From assembly GCA_963847605.1 (NCBI GenBank), contig CAWKAM010000009.1, positions 12,028 through 76,027 of the forward strand: a stretch of 64,000 bases of DNA, written 5' to 3'. Below are positions 62,342 to 64,000 of the stretch, in pieces. Position 1 is the stretch's first letter, and each line of letters begins with the position of its first letter. The translations under genes were made by a program, and so were the position numbers. Under the pieces are notes generated by a model. The model ran no database searches and was not told where the DNA came from. It saw only the letters and a list, made by a program, of their open reading frames with translations. This DNA comes from an uncultured delta proteobacterium. GTDB lineage: Bacteria; Desulfobacterota; Desulfomonilia; UBA1062.

Positions 62342-63532
62342 TCACTCAATGACCGCCTTGGGATACAGATTAACAACACCCTGCACATCCCTCTCCGATC
62401 TTATCTGCAGTGTCGCGGCAGGATTCCGCGTATCATACATTTTCTGAATGTCATATCGGTAGATATGCGCACCGACATGGTATGTCCCGGGCACAAGGTG
62501 AAGATTCAACTCAAACGTCACCTTCTTTTTTTCGCCGGGCTCCAAAGAAAATGTTGTGTTATTCAGCCGCTGGGTTGAGGTGTCGAATACATGGTAATTG
62601 TCGTCATTTTTCATGAGCACCGTTACCGATAGATTTTTGCAATTCACGTTTCCCGTGACTTCGACCTCTAAGAAAACTTTCTCTCCGGTCTCAAACAAGA
62701 GTTCTTTATTTCTTTCACCCTTGAGAATCACATTGGAAATATATGCCTCTTTCCTCTCATCTGCTTCACTGACCCATTCTCTGGGATTCATATAATTGTG
62801 GACGACATCAACAGACGGTCCATCACTGATCTTTTTACCGTGATCAAGCAAGATGCATCGATGGCACAGGTCCGTTACAGCCCGCAGATTATGGGACACG
62901 AACAACAACGTCGTACCGCTGCTTAGAACCGATTTCATTTTCTCTATACATTTTTTTTGAAAAGAGTAATCACCTACACTGAGCACCTCATCCACAACGA
63001 GTATCTCCGGGTCGACATGAGCTGCAACAGAAAACCCAAGCCGTGCGTACATTCCGGATGAATAACGTTTCACCGGGGTGTCTATGAAATCAGCCAGACC
63101 GGAGAAATCCACAATCTCATCAAATTTCTTTATGATCTGTTCCTTTTTCATACCGAGTATTGTTCCATTGAGAAAAATGTTTTCACGTCCGGTCAGATCC
63201 GGGTGGAAACCCGCGCCTACTTCGATGAGCGCTGATAACGTACCGTTTACTGTTATATTGCCTTTTGTAGGTTTCATGATACCGGTCAACAGTTTGAGCA
63301 TTGTGCTCTTTCCTGCGCCGTTGGGCCCGATGATACCTAAGGCTTCTCCTTTGTTGACTTGGAATGAGATATCATATAATGCCCAGAATTCATTTTCTCC
63401 CAGAGAAGATTCTTTCCGGCCCCTGAAAAGACTGCCGAACATGGCGGGTATGAGATCCCGCAGGGAGTCGTACAATTGACCTTTTCTGAATTTCTTATAC
63501 ACACGATCCATTTCGAATGCAAAACTGGACAT
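62342..63532 (-). CDS. wzt: Polysaccharide/O-antigen ABC exporter ATP-binding protein with C-terminal glycan-binding domain
   Basis: Walker A 'GPNGAGKST', signature 'YSSGMYARL', Walker B 'ILVVDEVLSVGD'. Carries a ~150 aa C-terminal beta-rich extension. Confidence 0.8.
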   Translation of the reverse strand: MSSFAFEMDRVYKKFRKGQLYDSLRDLIPAMFGSLFRGRKESSLGENEFWALYDISFQVNKGEALGIIGPNGAGKSTMLKLLTGIMKPTKGNITVNGTLSALIEVGAGFHPDLTGRENIFLNGTILGMKKEQIIKKFDEIVDFSGLADFIDTPVKRYSSGMYARLGFSVAAHVDPEILVVDEVLSVGDYSFQKKCIEKMKSVLSSGTTLLFVSHNLRAVTDLCHRCILLDHGKKISDGPSVDVVHNYMNPREWVSEADERKEAYISNVILKGERNKELLFETGEKVFLEVEVTGNVNCKNLSVTVLMKNDDNYHVFDTSTQRLNNTTFSLEPGEKKKVTFELNLHLVPGTYHVGAHIYRYDIQKMYDTRNPAATLQIRSERDVQGVVNLYPKAVIE

Positions 63533-63541
63533 AACGGCACC

Positions 63542-64000
63542 TTATAGATTTTCAGCGAATTTTGGCTCGAGATTCTTAAAGAACCTCAAAGAAAAATAAA
63601 CCCCGAGTACAGATATCGTCGTACTATAACAAACCCAAATAATGTTGGGGGAAGAGTGAAGCACGATGCTGGAACTCAATCCCTCGAGGATAGGGGCAAC
63701 AGGGTTCAGGAAGAGAACCCATTTATACTTTCCTGCTAAGTCGGCCTCATAGAATACCGGGGTAAAGAAGATTGCAAAACCGGTTATGACCTCTACAAGA
63801 TATTTCACGTCACGTAAAAAGAGGTTGGCAGCGGAAAGTAATAGTGCCAATGCAATCAACAAAAGAACAAGGTCCAGTATTAACGGCAAAACCCACAACA
63901 GGTATATGCTCAACCCTGTCCCTGCAATTGCCAGTAAAATAATCAGGACACATGAGGCGATAATAAAATCAAACAACTGGGACAATACTGCCGATATCGG
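63542..64000 (-). CDS. wzm: ABC-2 polysaccharide exporter permease, 5' end beyond the window
   Basis: Polytopic protein. Lies upstream of wzt in the same orientation. The listed Met is probably internal. Confidence 0.55.
   Translation of the reverse strand, partial: PISAVLSQLFDFIIASCVLIILLAIAGTGLSIYLLWVLPLILDLVLLLIALALLLSAANLFLRDVKYLVEVITGFAIFFTPVFYEADLAGKYKWVLFLNPVAPILEGLSSSIVLHSSPNIIWVCYSTTISVLGVYFSLRFFKNLEPKFAENL

Overview
This 64 kb window is a bacterial chromosomal segment with a Gram-negative-type envelope: it encodes Lgt, a Kdo-kinase-like protein, a Wzm/Wzt ABC exporter and a degraded PEP-CTERM protein. The left ~40 kb is mostly GC-rich housekeeping and accessory metabolism. It holds a cytidylyltransferase/MFS/CDP-alcohol phosphotransferase cluster. 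An orphan receiver gene sits next to an ABC-2 exporter. A cysK-bioBFDA block follows. Further right are a KsdD-like flavoprotein, an iron-sulfur flavoprotein, a B12-binding radical SAM enzyme, an ADP-ribosylglycohydrolase, an EmrAB-like efflux pair, a GAF histidine kinase, a class I adenylate cyclase and lgt. The conserved carD-yacL-ispDF-cysS-uvrB string closes this part. A noticeably AT-richer islet at ~5.2-8.3 kb carries an orphan ~630 aa protein with a SAM-methyltransferase core. A tRNA-Phe(GAA) gene at 40.7 kb is followed about 1.2 kb later by a degenerate direct repeat of its 3' end. The two copies bracket a decayed PEP-CTERM gene. Downstream lies a mosaic, generally AT-richer polysaccharide locus running to the window edge. 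It contains ugd, GT4 and GT2 glycosyltransferases, a pyruvyl transferase, a glycoside-hydrolase-like protein and a Wzt/Wzm exporter, Wzt carrying a C-terminal glycan-binding domain. An O-methyltransferase and an LpxL-like acyltransferase sit beside the exporter. A DltA/DltC-like ligase/carrier pair is accompanied by an acyl-CoA dehydrogenase and a GNAT. The locus also encodes a 1033 aa secreted protein that combines an Ntn-hydrolase domain with six tandem 75 aa repeats. Two of those repeats are identical at the DNA level. I found no CRISPR array, transposase or integrase. Several long antisense ORFs in the high-GC block are judged spurious.
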